A DNA stretch of 64,000 nt from an uncultured Acidobacteriota bacterium (GCA_963789075.1 CAWBJQ010000014.1:332632-396631); one strand, 5' to 3'. Counted from the stretch's first letter, positions 44,639 through 55,384 are shown. Notes: generated by a model from the letters alone, not told the origin. A program made the numbers and translations.

Positions 44639-47600
44639 ATGCAGACCTCATTTCGCCGACTTGCCGCGATTGCACTTCCGCTCATCGTCTTGTGCGTGAT
44701 GACCGTCGTGCCGTCCGGCCAGTCCGGCGGCGGCAGCACGCCTCCACCGATCAATCAATCGGACGACCCGGTGCTCGGCGCGTTCCGATTCCGATCGATC
44801 GGCCCCGCCAGCATGGGCGGCCGCATCGACGATATCGCGGTGTCCGAGAGCGATCCGAGCGTTATCTATCTGGGCTACGCGGTCGGCGGCGTGTTCAGGT
44901 CCACGAACAACGCGACTTCGTTCGAGCCGGTGTTCCAGACATACGGAACGGCGTCGATTGGCGACATCGCCATCCACCCGACCAACCCCGACATCGTCTA
45001 CATCGGCACTGGCGAGCCGAACAATCGGCAGACGGCATCGTTCGGCGACGGCATCTACAAAACCACGGACGGTGGAAAAACGTTTACGCACCTCGGGCTC
45101 AATGAGACGCAGACGATTGCGCGCATCGTGATCGATCCGAAGAATCCTGAAACGGTGTACGTCGCTTCACCCGGCCACCTGTTCGGCGCGAGCCCCGACC
45201 GCGGCATCTACAAGACGACCGACGGCGGCAAGACGTGGAACCAGATCAAATTCATCGACAACGACACGGGCTTCACCGACATCGCGCTCGATCCGGCCAA
45301 CAGCAACACGGTGTATGCCGCGAGCTACCAGCGGCGGCGCAGCGGCTGCTGCTTCAACGGCGGCGGCCCCGGCAGTGCCTTGTGGAAGAGCACCGACGCC
45401 GGCAAGACGTGGACGAAGCTGACGGAGCACGGTCTGCCGGCCGGAACCTACGGACGCATCGCGCTCGACGTCTCCCGCTCGAACCCGAACATCGTCTACG
45501 CGCAGATCGAAGCAGGGGAGACGGGCACACCGGAGCGGACACCGGCGGTCGAAGCGGGCGCCGCGACGGAAGCGACGCCAGCCGGTGCTGCCGCGGTGAC
45601 GCCGCCTGGCGGGGCAGGAAGAGCGGGAGGGGCAGGAAGAGCTGGAGCGGCGGGAAGGGCAGGACAACCTTCGGCCGAAACGCCGGAAGCCGGCGGACGC
45701 GGCGGGCCCTCGTTCGACTGGTGCAACAACGGCGGCCCCACGAGAGGCTACCAGGCGGGTCGCGGCGGCGGAGGCGGCGGACGCGCCGATCAGCAGCCAC
45801 CAGCGGGCTGGACGCCGCCGGCGCTCGACCCCAAGAAGGGCGGCTTACTGCGGTCGGACAACAAAGGCCAGTCGTGGACGCTGCTCAGCAATTGCGACGC
45901 GCGCCCGATGTACTTCAGCCAGCTGCGCGTCGATCCGGCCAACGACAAGACGATCTACGTCGCGGGGCTGCCGGTGGCGAAGTCGCTCGACGGCGGCAAG
46001 ACGTTCGCAACGCTCGACACGGCCGGCGGCAACGACTCGCCCGGACACGTCGATCAGCACGCCATCTGGATCGATCCGAAGAATTCGAAGCACATCATGA
46101 TCGGGAATGACGGCGGCCTCGATATCAGTTGGGATCAGGGCAAGACGTGGGACTTCGTCAACACGATGGCCACCGGGCTCGCGTACGTCGTCACCGCCGA
46201 CATGCGCCACCCCTACTACGTCTACATCGGGCTGCAGGACAACGGCAGCTGGGGCGGACCCAGCGCCGTGCGCGGACGCGGCGGCATCATGAACTCCGAT
46301 TGGTTTGGGATCGGCGGCGGCGATGGCTTCTACACTGCGGTCGATCCGAGCGACTACAACAACGTCATCACCGAATCGCAGGACGGCAACACGAACCGGT
46401 ACGACCTGCGGACCGGGCGCGGCCAGAGCATCCGCCCGCGCGCGCCGGCGGCGGCGCGCGGCACCACAGGAGGAGCCGGCAGGGCAGGAGAGGCGGCCGA
46501 GACGGCACCGCCTGTCCAGGTCGGCGGAGCAGAGGCGCAGCCGGGCGGGCGAGGCGGTCCACCGAACGTGCTCAACGCGCACCCGGGCGATCAGTACCGC
46601 TTCAATTGGAATACACCGGTCGTCATGTCGCCGCACAACCCGAAGATCGTCTGGTTCGGCGGCAATCGTTTGTTCAAGTCGTACAACCAGGGCGACACCT
46701 GGGTAGCCAGCAGCGATCTCACGAAGCAGATCGATCGCAACACCGTCTCGCTGATGGGCGTACCCGGGAACGTGACGCAGCTCTCGAAGAACGACGGCGT
46801 CGTCTCCTACAGCACCATCATCTCGATTTCCGAATCGCCCCTGCTTCCGGGCGTGGTGTGGGCAGGGACCGACGATGGGAATTTACAGGTGAGCCAGGAC
46901 GGCGGCGAGAGCTTCACGGAAGTCGGCAAGAACCTGCCCGGTCTGCCGCCGAATAACCAGTACTGGATCTCGCGGGTCGACGCATCCCATTTCGACGCCG
47001 CCACGGCGTACGTGGCCGTGGACGGACATCGCAACGACGATCTCAGGCCGTACGTCTTCGTCACCCACGACTTCGGGAAGACGTTCCAGAGCGTCTGCGG
47101 CAACCTGCCGCCCTCGGGCAACGTGCAGGTGATTCGCGAAGATCCGAAGAACAAGAATCTGCTCTACGTCGGGACGGAGTTCGGGCTCTTCGTGTCGCTC
47201 GACGCGGGGAAGACGTGGAAGAAGTTCATGACCAACTACCCGACGGTGCGCACGGACGACATTCTGGTGCACCCGCGCGACAACGATCTGATCGTCGCGA
47301 CGCACGGCCGCAGCGTGTGGATTGTGGACGACATCTCGCCGCTGCAGCAGATGACGCCAGAGGTGCTGGCGCAAGACGCGTTCCTGTTCAACATCCGTCC
47401 GGCGATTGCGTATTTGAACGACCAGCAGCACGGGCAGCAGGTCGGTGGACAGAAGGTGTTTGTCGGCGAGAACGCGCCGCGCGGTGCATCGATCGACTAC
47501 TACCTGAAGGGCCCGGCGTCCGGCGAGGTAAAGATCTCGATCGCGGATGCGGCCGGCAAGGTCATTCGGACGATGGACGGCACGAAGCACGCTGGCATCA

Positions 47601-47782
47601 ATCGCGTGCTCTGGAATCTGACGCCGACTCCATTGGCGAACGCGCAGCCGGGCGGCGGCGGGCGAGGCGGTCAGCCCCAGCCGGTCGAGGCCGGCACGTA
47701 CATCGTCACGCTCACGATCGGCGGCAAGACGATGACCAAGCCGGTGTCGGTGCTCGAGGATCGCTGGTTGAACGAACGGTAA
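44639..47782 (+). CDS. sortilin/VPS10-type BNR (Asp-box) repeat beta-propeller protein, secreted (paralogue 3)
   Basis: ATG 44639 starts a signal peptide. Asp-boxes include TTDGGKTF, TTDGGKTW, STDAGKTW, SDNKGQSW, SLDGGKTF, SWDQGKTW, SQDGGESF and SLDAGKTW. Two G/A/R-rich inserts are present. Confidence 0.9.
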   Translation: MQTSFRRLAAIALPLIVLCVMTVVPSGQSGGGSTPPPINQSDDPVLGAFRFRSIGPASMGGRIDDIAVSESDPSVIYLGYAVGGVFRSTNNATSFEPVFQTYGTASIGDIAIHPTNPDIVYIGTGEPNNRQTASFGDGIYKTTDGGKTFTHLGLNETQTIARIVIDPKNPETVYVASPGHLFGASPDRGIYKTTDGGKTWNQIKFIDNDTGFTDIALDPANSNTVYAASYQRRRSGCCFNGGGPGSALWKSTDAGKTWTKLTEHGLPAGTYGRIALDVSRSNPNIVYAQIEAGETGTPERTPAVEAGAATEATPAGAAAVTPPGGAGRAGGAGRAGAAGRAGQPSAETPEAGGRGGPSFDWCNNGGPTRGYQAGRGGGGGGRADQQPPAGWTPPALDPKKGGLLRSDNKGQSWTLLSNCDARPMYFSQLRVDPANDKTIYVAGLPVAKSLDGGKTFATLDTAGGNDSPGHVDQHAIWIDPKNSKHIMIGNDGGLDISWDQGKTWDFVNTMATGLAYVVTADMRHPYYVYIGLQDNGSWGGPSAVRGRGGIMNSDWFGIGGGDGFYTAVDPSDYNNVITESQDGNTNRYDLRTGRGQSIRPRAPAAARGTTGGAGRAGEAAETAPPVQVGGAEAQPGGRGGPPNVLNAHPGDQYRFNWNTPVVMSPHNPKIVWFGGNRLFKSYNQGDTWVASSDLTKQIDRNTVSLMGVPGNVTQLSKNDGVVSYSTIISISESPLLPGVVWAGTDDGNLQVSQDGGESFTEVGKNLPGLPPNNQYWISRVDASHFDAATAYVAVDGHRNDDLRPYVFVTHDFGKTFQSVCGNLPPSGNVQVIREDPKNKNLLYVGTEFGLFVSLDAGKTWKKFMTNYPTVRTDDILVHPRDNDLIVATHGRSVWIVDDISPLQQMTPEVLAQDAFLFNIRPAIAYLNDQQHGQQVGGQKVFVGENAPRGASIDYYLKGPASGEVKISIADAAGKVIRTMDGTKHAGINRVLWNLTPTPLANAQPGGGGRGGQPQPVEAGTYIVTLTIGGKTMTKPVSVLEDRWLNER
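45611..45664 (+). repeat. in-frame 18-nt tandem repeat x3 encoding (GAGRAG)3 inside the sortilin paralogue 3 gene
   Basis: The three units are GGGGCAGGAAGAGCGGGA, GGGGCAGGAAGAGCTGGA and GCGGCGGGAAGGGCAGGA. Confidence 0.7.
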
Positions 47783-47786
47783 TCGC

Positions 47787-48185
47787 ATGGAGACGCACGT
47801 CAAGGTGCTCGGCGTGCTTCACATTGTGCTGGGCGCGCTCGGCGTGTTCAGTGCGCTGGTGCTGGTGTTGATCTTCGGCGGCGCCGCCGGGATCGTCGGG
47901 GCCACCGGCGATCCCGAGGCGCACATCGCGATCCCGATCATCGGTATCACCGGGACTGCGCTGATCCTGTTCGTCCTGGTGCGATCGGTGCCCGGCATCC
48001 TGGTCGGCTTCGGGCTGCTGAAGTATCGATCGTGGGCGCGGATCGCAGGCATCGTGCTGTCGATCCTCGATCTGATCTGGCTGCCATTCGGCACGATCGT
48101 GGGGATCTACGGACTGTGGGTGCTCTTCTCGACGGACACCGAGCGGTTGTTCACGGGATCGCAATCCGTTCCTCCGCCTGGCTGA
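47787..48185 (+). CDS. hypothetical 4-TM membrane protein
   Basis: ATG 47787 lies 4 nt after the sortilin-3 stop. The product METHVKVLGVLHIVLGALGVFSALVLVLIF...LVGFGLLKYRSWARIAGIVLSILDLIWLPFGTIVGIYGLWVLF is strongly hydrophobic. Confidence 0.7.
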   Translation: METHVKVLGVLHIVLGALGVFSALVLVLIFGGAAGIVGATGDPEAHIAIPIIGITGTALILFVLVRSVPGILVGFGLLKYRSWARIAGIVLSILDLIWLPFGTIVGIYGLWVLFSTDTERLFTGSQSVPPPG

Positions 48186-48187
48186 CC

Positions 48188-48256
48188 GTAGCGCGAAGGC
48201 AGTAGCGCGAAGGCTTCCACCTCCGCCAAGGCTCCGGCGGACAGGTCAGCCGAGCG
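48188..48256 (+). repeat. REP-like element: GTAGCGCGAAGGC duplicated, plus split copy of the 25-mer
   Basis: GTAGCGCGAAGGC lies at 48188-48200. GTAGCGCGAAGGCTTC lies at 48202-48217. A 29-nt insert with the hairpin CCGCC/GGCGG follows, and then CAGCCGAGCG at 48247-48256. Confidence 0.65.
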
Positions 48257-48317
48257 CCGACCGCCAAGCGCCGCCGCACGCCTGCAGCGTTGGCCGCTGA
48301 CGCGATAGAGTAAGCGG

Positions 48318-48620
48318 ATGAAGTACTTCGCGCTCATCTACGATGTCGTTCCGGATTTCCTCGCGCGGCGGGTTGAGTTTCGGCCGGCACATCTGCAGCG
48401 CGTGCGCGAGGCGCACGAACGCGGCGAGCTGCCGATGGCTGGAGCGCTCGGCGATCCGCCCGACGGCGCGCTGCTCGTGTTTCTCGCACCCTCCGCCGCC
48501 CCGGCGGAGGCATTTGCGAAAGAGGATCCCTACGTGATCAACGGACTCGTCGTGCGCTGGCAGGTGCGGCCGTGGACCGTGGTGACCGTGCCTGGCGGCC
48601 CGGCCGGAAAGCAGGCCTGA
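48318..48620 (+). CDS. YciI family protein
   Basis: The supporting sequence is MKYFALIYDVVPDFLARRVEFRPAHLQRVREAHERGELPMAGALGDP.DGALLVF...AEAFAKEDPYVINGLV..WQVRPW. Confidence 0.85.
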   Translation: MKYFALIYDVVPDFLARRVEFRPAHLQRVREAHERGELPMAGALGDPPDGALLVFLAPSAAPAEAFAKEDPYVINGLVVRWQVRPWTVVTVPGGPAGKQA

Positions 48621-48621
48621 G

Positions 48622-48936
48622 ATGGTAGCGAGATATTGGTCCGCGCGCGCGCGACGCGACACGGCGCCGCAGTATGCGCAGCACTTCGCACAGCACGTCC
48701 TGCCCGTCCTGCAGAAGGTGGACGGCTATGTCACGGCGACTGTTCTGCAGCGCCAGGTCGGCCACTCGATCGAGATCGTTGTCATCACGTACTGGCAGTC
48801 GATCGACGCGATCCGCGGGTTTGCCGGCGACGATCTGGAACTGGCCGTCGTCGCAGCCGATGCGACTGCGCTCTTTTCGGATTACGACCGCCGCGTCAGG
48901 CACTACGAAGTGCTCTTGAAGGACATTCACGCGTGA
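48622..48936 (+). CDS. antibiotic biosynthesis monooxygenase (ABM/Dabb) family protein
   Basis: ATG 48622 lies 1 nt after the YciI stop. The supporting sequence is YWSARARRDTAPQYAQHFAQHVLPVLQKVDGYVTATVLQRQVGHSIEIVVITYWQSIDAIRGFAGDD. Confidence 0.75.
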   Translation: MVARYWSARARRDTAPQYAQHFAQHVLPVLQKVDGYVTATVLQRQVGHSIEIVVITYWQSIDAIRGFAGDDLELAVVAADATALFSDYDRRVRHYEVLLKDIHA

Positions 48937-48960
48937 GCCCCTCGGTCGAGCGTCGCGTCG

Positions 48961-49064
48961 CGCGGACCCCGCTCGGCTAAAGCCGCGCTACGGGGTGTTG
49001 CGCGGACTCCGCTCGGCCGCGCCGAGCGTACCGGCGATCGGTAGCGCGAAGGCTTTCGCCGAGC
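48961..49064. repeat. cluster of REP-like units in one intergenic region
   Basis: An inverted 22-mer CGCTCGGCTAAAGCCGCGCTAC lies at 48969-48990. The direct repeat GCGGACYCCGCTCGGC occurs at 48961 and 49001. The hairpin CGCTCGGC-cgc-GCCGAGCG spans 49009-49027. The forward 25-mer GTAGCGCGAAGGCTTTCGCCGAGCG lies at 49040-49064. Confidence 0.7.
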
Positions 49065-49072
49065 GTTCCCCT

Positions 49073-49537
49073 ATGGAAAGAATTCTCGTCAGCGGCTGCC
49101 TGCTTGGCGAAAAAGTGCGCTACAACAGCGGCGCGGCCACAAGCGACGACCCGTCGCTGCACCGCTGGCTCGCCGAGGGGCGTGTGGTGAGCTTTTGTCC
49201 GGAAGTCGCCGGTGGGCTTGGCACGCCGCGGCCGCGGGCCGAGCGGCGCGGAATGCTGGTCATCACCGAAGATGGCGCGGATGTGACGAGCGCGTTTGCC
49301 CGGGGCGCAGAACTGGCGCGGGAGGCCGCTCGTCTGCATCGCATTCGCGTCGCCGTGCTCAAAGATGGCAGCCCCTCGTGCGGCAGCGGCTACGTGCACG
49401 ACGGGACCTTCACCGGTCAACGGACTGACGGCGCTGGCACGACGACAGACGCGCTGCGATCCGACGGCATCCGAGTATTCAGCGAGCGGCAGATCGCCGA
49501 GGCAGCGGCGTACCTGGCTGCATTGGAGGCGACGTGA
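49073..49537 (+). CDS. DUF523 domain protein (TudS-like thiouracil desulfidase family)
   Basis: ATG 49073 lies in ORF 48995..49537. The supporting sequence is MERILVSGCLLGEKVRYNSG...VSFCPEVAGGLGTPRP...AVLKDGSPSCGS, which carries the conserved Cys ligands. Confidence 0.85.
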   Translation: MERILVSGCLLGEKVRYNSGAATSDDPSLHRWLAEGRVVSFCPEVAGGLGTPRPRAERRGMLVITEDGADVTSAFARGAELAREAARLHRIRVAVLKDGSPSCGSGYVHDGTFTGQRTDGAGTTTDALRSDGIRVFSERQIAEAAAYLAALEAT

Positions 49538-49568
49538 CGCAGCCTTCCGTGATGATCCAGCCGACGCC

Positions 49569-50474
49569 GTGCGTCAGGCCGCGGCGCGCGTGACCGTCAG
49601 CCGATTCGCGCCGGCGCCCACCGGCTACCTCCATCTCGGCCACGTGCTCAATGCGATTTACGTCTGGGGAGTGACGCGCGCGGCCGGCGGACGCGTGCTG
49701 TTGCGGATCGAAGATCACGATCGGCAGCGCAGCCGGACGGAATTCGAAGACGCGATCCTCGAAGATCTCGCGTGGATGGGGTTTGTCGCGGACGGGCCGG
49801 CACACAGGCCGGCCCCTACCAACCGGCTCGTCCGACAGAGTGATCGCGAATCGATCTACGACGAAGCGCTGGCGCGTCTGCGCGATGCAGGCCTGGTGTA
49901 CGCCTGCCAGTGCTCGCGCGCGGCTATCGGACAGGCACAAACGGTCCAAGGGACTGCGGCCGAACAACGCTATCCCGGCACGTGTGCCGAGAAGCATCTG
50001 GCCGAAGGGCCTGGGCTCGGCGTGCGTGTGCGACTACCAGAAACCATTGAACGCTTCGGGGACCTGCGGCACGGACCCCAGACGCAGCGCCCCTCCGAAC
50101 AGTGCGGCGACCTGCTCGTCAAAGATCGCGACGGCAATTGGACGTACCAGTTTGCCGCGACCGTCGACGACTACGTGCAGGGCGTGACGCTGGTGATTCG
50201 CGGCGACGATCTCCTCGCATCCACCGGCCGGCAGCTCCTGCTCGCACGGATGCTGGGCCGTCAAGTGCCGCCACAGTTCTTGCACCACGCGCTGCTGATG
50301 AAGAGCCCGACCCAGAAGATCAGCAAGTCCGATGGCGACACCGGCGTCCGCGATCTGCGCGCACGTGGGTGGAGAGCGGCGGACGTGATCGGTGAAGCGG
50401 CCTGTCGCGGTGGCCTGATTCCCGAGCCGCGGCCGCTCGAGGCAGCGGAAGTTTCGTCTATCATGGCTCCGTGA
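49569..50474 (+). CDS. gluQ: tRNA glutamyl-Q(34) synthetase GluQRS
   Basis: The start is GTG 49569 (alternative GTG 49590) in ORF 49296..50474. The supporting sequence is SRFAPAPTGYLHLGHVLNAIYVWG...LLRIEDHDRQRS...YACQCSR...YPGTC...WTYQFAATVDDYVQGVTLVIRGDDLL.STGRQ..L...KISKSDG. Confidence 0.85.
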   Translation: MRQAAARVTVSRFAPAPTGYLHLGHVLNAIYVWGVTRAAGGRVLLRIEDHDRQRSRTEFEDAILEDLAWMGFVADGPAHRPAPTNRLVRQSDRESIYDEALARLRDAGLVYACQCSRAAIGQAQTVQGTAAEQRYPGTCAEKHLAEGPGLGVRVRLPETIERFGDLRHGPQTQRPSEQCGDLLVKDRDGNWTYQFAATVDDYVQGVTLVIRGDDLLASTGRQLLLARMLGRQVPPQFLHHALLMKSPTQKISKSDGDTGVRDLRARGWRAADVIGEAACRGGLIPEPRPLEAAEVSSIMAP

Positions 50475-51649
50475 TGCGCTGCCGATCGCGTGCGCTCTGG
50501 ATCATCGCGATGATGTTCGCGATCGTTTGCGCCGCCGCGAGAAACAGCGCGGCGGCCGGCGAGGGGTTCTATTGCACGGGGCCGGATTATCTGGCGTACG
50601 AATTCAACGGCGACGGCATCCGCCCTGGCCTGCACCAGTTGTGGGTCGTGAATCTCGCCGGCGACGCCGGCGCCTCCGCGCCGGTCTCCGTCGAGGTCGA
50701 TTCATTTCAGACGCGCGGCATCCGATGCCTGAAGGACACCGTGGAACTGCTCGGGCCATCGAACGTATTCGTCGTCGGGCTCGATCGGGCGAAGCAGCCG
50801 CAGACGCCGCTTCCGCATTCGATCGTGCCGCACGAACGTCCCGATGTCTTCGAGGCCCCGGAGAGCCTGGGCGCATCCGCTGCCTCCTTTGCCGCCGGCA
50901 ACCTCCCGGCCCGCATCACACTCGACACGCCCGCGACGGCAAAGCGCTTCGCGTTGGAGATGACCGGCGCGCCGCATCGGACAGGAGGCGATCGATCCGT
51001 CACACCCTGCATGCTGGACGCCGAAACACATCTGGTGCAATTGAATGCTGCCGGCGCCGCGGACGCCACCCGCACGCTCTTCAAAGGCATCGTCGTGCAC
51101 CAGTGCGCTCCAGGCGAGTTCGACGCGGAGACGGCCGACGGCACTGGTGCGACGCTGCCCGCGCCACCGTGCGTCGCGACGCCGGGACGCCAAGCGCGGC
51201 AGATTACCGGCGAGGCAACTGAGGGCGCCGACGTCACACAACCGATCGGCCCGTTTCTGCTCCAACTGCGAAGCGAAGGTGAAGACGGATGGGATCTCGC
51301 GTTGTTCGAGCCCGGCCGGCGCGACAATCTCGCGCAGTTGAGCAGCCCGCCACACGGACCGTCGCCGTTGGACATCTTCGCCTGGCACTTTCGAAACGAT
51401 GACAACACCGGTCCGCCGGTGGCGAGCGCGGCGCCTGGCGGCCGGCATCGTGAATTCGTGTTTTCGCCGGACGTGGGCCGGACGATGACCTTCAACCTGG
51501 AGACGCTGGCGGAAGATCGGGAGCGTGCGGCGGCGTACGGCCGTGGCGCCTTCGACGTCCTGGCGTACGAGATGACGCCGCGGCAGCTGGGCGAATCGCC
51601 CCGTTTGCTGTGGATCAAATTTGCCGCGTGTCTGACATGGCCGCAGTAG
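50474..51649 (+). CDS. hypothetical secreted Cys-containing protein (391 aa)
   Basis: ATG 50474 overlaps the gluQ stop (TGATG). The signal peptide is MRCRSRALWIIAMMFAIVCAAARNSAAAG. I recognise no domain. Confidence 0.65.
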   Translation: MRCRSRALWIIAMMFAIVCAAARNSAAAGEGFYCTGPDYLAYEFNGDGIRPGLHQLWVVNLAGDAGASAPVSVEVDSFQTRGIRCLKDTVELLGPSNVFVVGLDRAKQPQTPLPHSIVPHERPDVFEAPESLGASAASFAAGNLPARITLDTPATAKRFALEMTGAPHRTGGDRSVTPCMLDAETHLVQLNAAGAADATRTLFKGIVVHQCAPGEFDAETADGTGATLPAPPCVATPGRQARQITGEATEGADVTQPIGPFLLQLRSEGEDGWDLALFEPGRRDNLAQLSSPPHGPSPLDIFAWHFRNDDNTGPPVASAAPGGRHREFVFSPDVGRTMTFNLETLAEDRERAAAYGRGAFDVLAYEMTPRQLGESPRLLWIKFAACLTWPQ

Positions 51650-51678
51650 AATTCACGGACACCAAGGAGTGACTCGCT

Positions 51679-53772
<2,094 letters not shown>

Positions 53773-53775
53773 TCC

Positions 53776-54015
53776 ATGTATTTCATCTGGCAGATCGTCA
53801 TCGGCATTCTTGCCGGCTTCCTCGCGGGCAAGATCATGCGCGGACGCGGCTACGGCCTTCTCGTCGATCTTCTGCTCGGAATTATCGGCTCGATGCTCGG
53901 CGGTCTGATCTTCAGCTTTCTCGGGTTGTATTCGTCAGGCGTTGTCGGCGAGTTGGTCGTGGCGACCTTTGGCGCGGTGCTGCTGATCTACATCGTGCGG
54001 CGCATCCGCGGGTAG
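53776..54015 (+). CDS. GlsB/YeaQ/YmgE family stress-response membrane protein
   Basis: The supporting sequence is MYFIWQIVIGILAGFLAGKIMRGRGYGLLVDLLLGIIGSMLGGLIF. Confidence 0.9.
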   Translation: MYFIWQIVIGILAGFLAGKIMRGRGYGLLVDLLLGIIGSMLGGLIFSFLGLYSSGVVGELVVATFGAVLLIYIVRRIRG

Positions 54016-54030
54016 AACGTCGGCAAAGGC

Positions 54031-54456
54031 TTACCAATCGAGCGCGGGGGAGGCAGGATCGGGCGCGGCGTTTGGAGAGGGGCGCGCCTTGTTGAGAAGC
54101 CCGCGCGTCAGATCGACGATGTCCTCGACCCACAACGGCTTGTAGAACAGCTCCGCGCCGAGCTCCTGCATCTCGACCGCGAGGGCATCGGTGATGCTGT
54201 GATCGCCGGTGATGATCGCCACCGGCATGTCGCGGCGCGCGTCGTGCGCGCGGAGCCGATAGAGAAAACCGAGGCCGTTGATGAGCGGCATGCGCAGGTC
54301 GAGAATGATGGCGTCGGTGTGGCCGGTCTCGACCGTGTGTAGGCCGATTTCCGCGTTGGGCGCGGTCCGGACCTCGTATCCTTCCAGGCGCAAGGTGTGG
54401 GCGAACGTGTCCCGGACGCCCTCATCATCGTCAATAACCAGAATACTGGCAGCCAT
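54031..54456 (-). CDS. single-domain response regulator (receiver only)
   Basis: The supporting sequence is MAASILVIDDDEGVRDTFAHTLRLEGYEVRTA...TDAIILDLRMPLINGLGFL...PVAIITG...ELGAELFYKPL. Confidence 0.9.
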   Translation of the reverse strand: MAASILVIDDDEGVRDTFAHTLRLEGYEVRTAPNAEIGLHTVETGHTDAIILDLRMPLINGLGFLYRLRAHDARRDMPVAIITGDHSITDALAVEMQELGAELFYKPLWVEDIVDLTRGLLNKARPSPNAAPDPASPALDW

Positions 54457-54457
54457 C

Positions 54458-54718
54458 TCAGTGGGCCTGAGCGAAAGGCGCCGCCGTGGTGCGCGCGGCG
54501 ATCAGCAGCCCCTCCAGTTGTTCCTCGCGCACGAGCGCCTTGGAGACGTCGCCGAAATACTCGACGATGGAGCCGCCGGCGTGATGGATGGCAAGCCGGT
54601 AGGGGCCATCATCACCGAGAGCGATCAGCTCCCAGCGCACGAGATCGGAGCCTGCCATGAAGCAATTTGCCATTGCGTGTACGCAAAACATACTCAAGGG
54701 CGATGCCGTCATGAACAT
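54458..54718 (-). CDS. small hypothetical protein, translationally coupled upstream of the response regulator
   Basis: ORF 54458..54718 starts at ATG; internal ATGs are also possible starts. Its stop lies 1 nt before the RR start codon (CACTGAGATGG on the coding strand). The product includes ...VRWELIALGDDGPYRLAIHHAGGSIVEYFGDVSKALVREEQLEGLL. I recognise no family. Confidence 0.5.
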   Translation of the reverse strand: MFMTASPLSMFCVHAMANCFMAGSDLVRWELIALGDDGPYRLAIHHAGGSIVEYFGDVSKALVREEQLEGLLIAARTTAAPFAQAH

Positions 54719-54804
54719 GCACAGTGCTGCACATCATTGCGCATGACTGCGCCACGACGGCCGCCAGATTCGTAATCGTCTGACTCCGAACGGGCCAGTT
54801 TGAG

Positions 54805-54936
54805 AAAAGGGGACGGGAGTCGTTCTTACCGTCGACGCTGTTTCCGCCCTCAGACCAGAAAAGCTAAAGAAAGCGCGTCAAGAAAGGCAAAAAAAGGGGA
54901 CGGGAGTCGTTTCCCGGAAAGGGGACGGGAGTCGTT
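54805..54936. repeat. three direct copies of a 19-20-mer (A)AAAGGGGACGGGAGTCGTT
   Basis: The copies lie at 54805-54824, 54892-54911 and 54918-54936. The last abuts the dut stop codon. A partial inverted copy (GACTCC) lies at 54782-54787. Confidence 0.8.
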
Positions 54937-54937
54937 T

Positions 54938-55384
54938 TCAGGACCCCGTGTGACCAAACCCGCCGGCGCCCCGGGTGGTCGCCGGCAGCAGGTCCATCGG
55001 CTCCCACGCCGCACGGCTCACGGGCGCGATCACGAGCTGCGCGATGCGCATGCCGGGCAGCACCGCGAAAGGCGCGGCGCCGTGATTGATCAGCAGCACT
55101 TTGACTTCCCCGCGGTAGTCGCTGTCGATCGTCCCCGGGGCATTCAAAACCGTGACGCCGTGCTTGTTCGCCAGCCCCGAGCGCGGCCGGACCTGCGCCT
55201 CGAAGCCCGGCGGAATCGCCATCGCGAAGCCGCACGGAATCAACGCGTACTCCCCCGGCTCGAGGATGCGCGCTTCGGCCAGCGCGGCGCCGAGATCCAT
55301 GCCGGCCGCATCGGCCGAGAAATATTCAGGTAGCGGCAGGTCGGAGGAGCCGACGCGGGCGATCGGAATGCGTACTGAGGTCAT
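54938..55384 (-). CDS. dut: dUTP diphosphatase
   Basis: The supporting sequence is ...[11 protein letters not shown]...[44 protein letters not shown]...RIAQLVI...[12 protein letters not shown]. Confidence 0.95.
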   Translation of the reverse strand: MTSVRIPIARVGSSDLPLPEYFSADAAGMDLGAALAEARILEPGEYALIPCGFAMAIPPGFEAQVRPRSGLANKHGVTVLNAPGTIDSDYRGEVKVLLINHGAAPFAVLPGMRIAQLVIAPVSRAAWEPMDLLPATTRGAGGFGHTGS

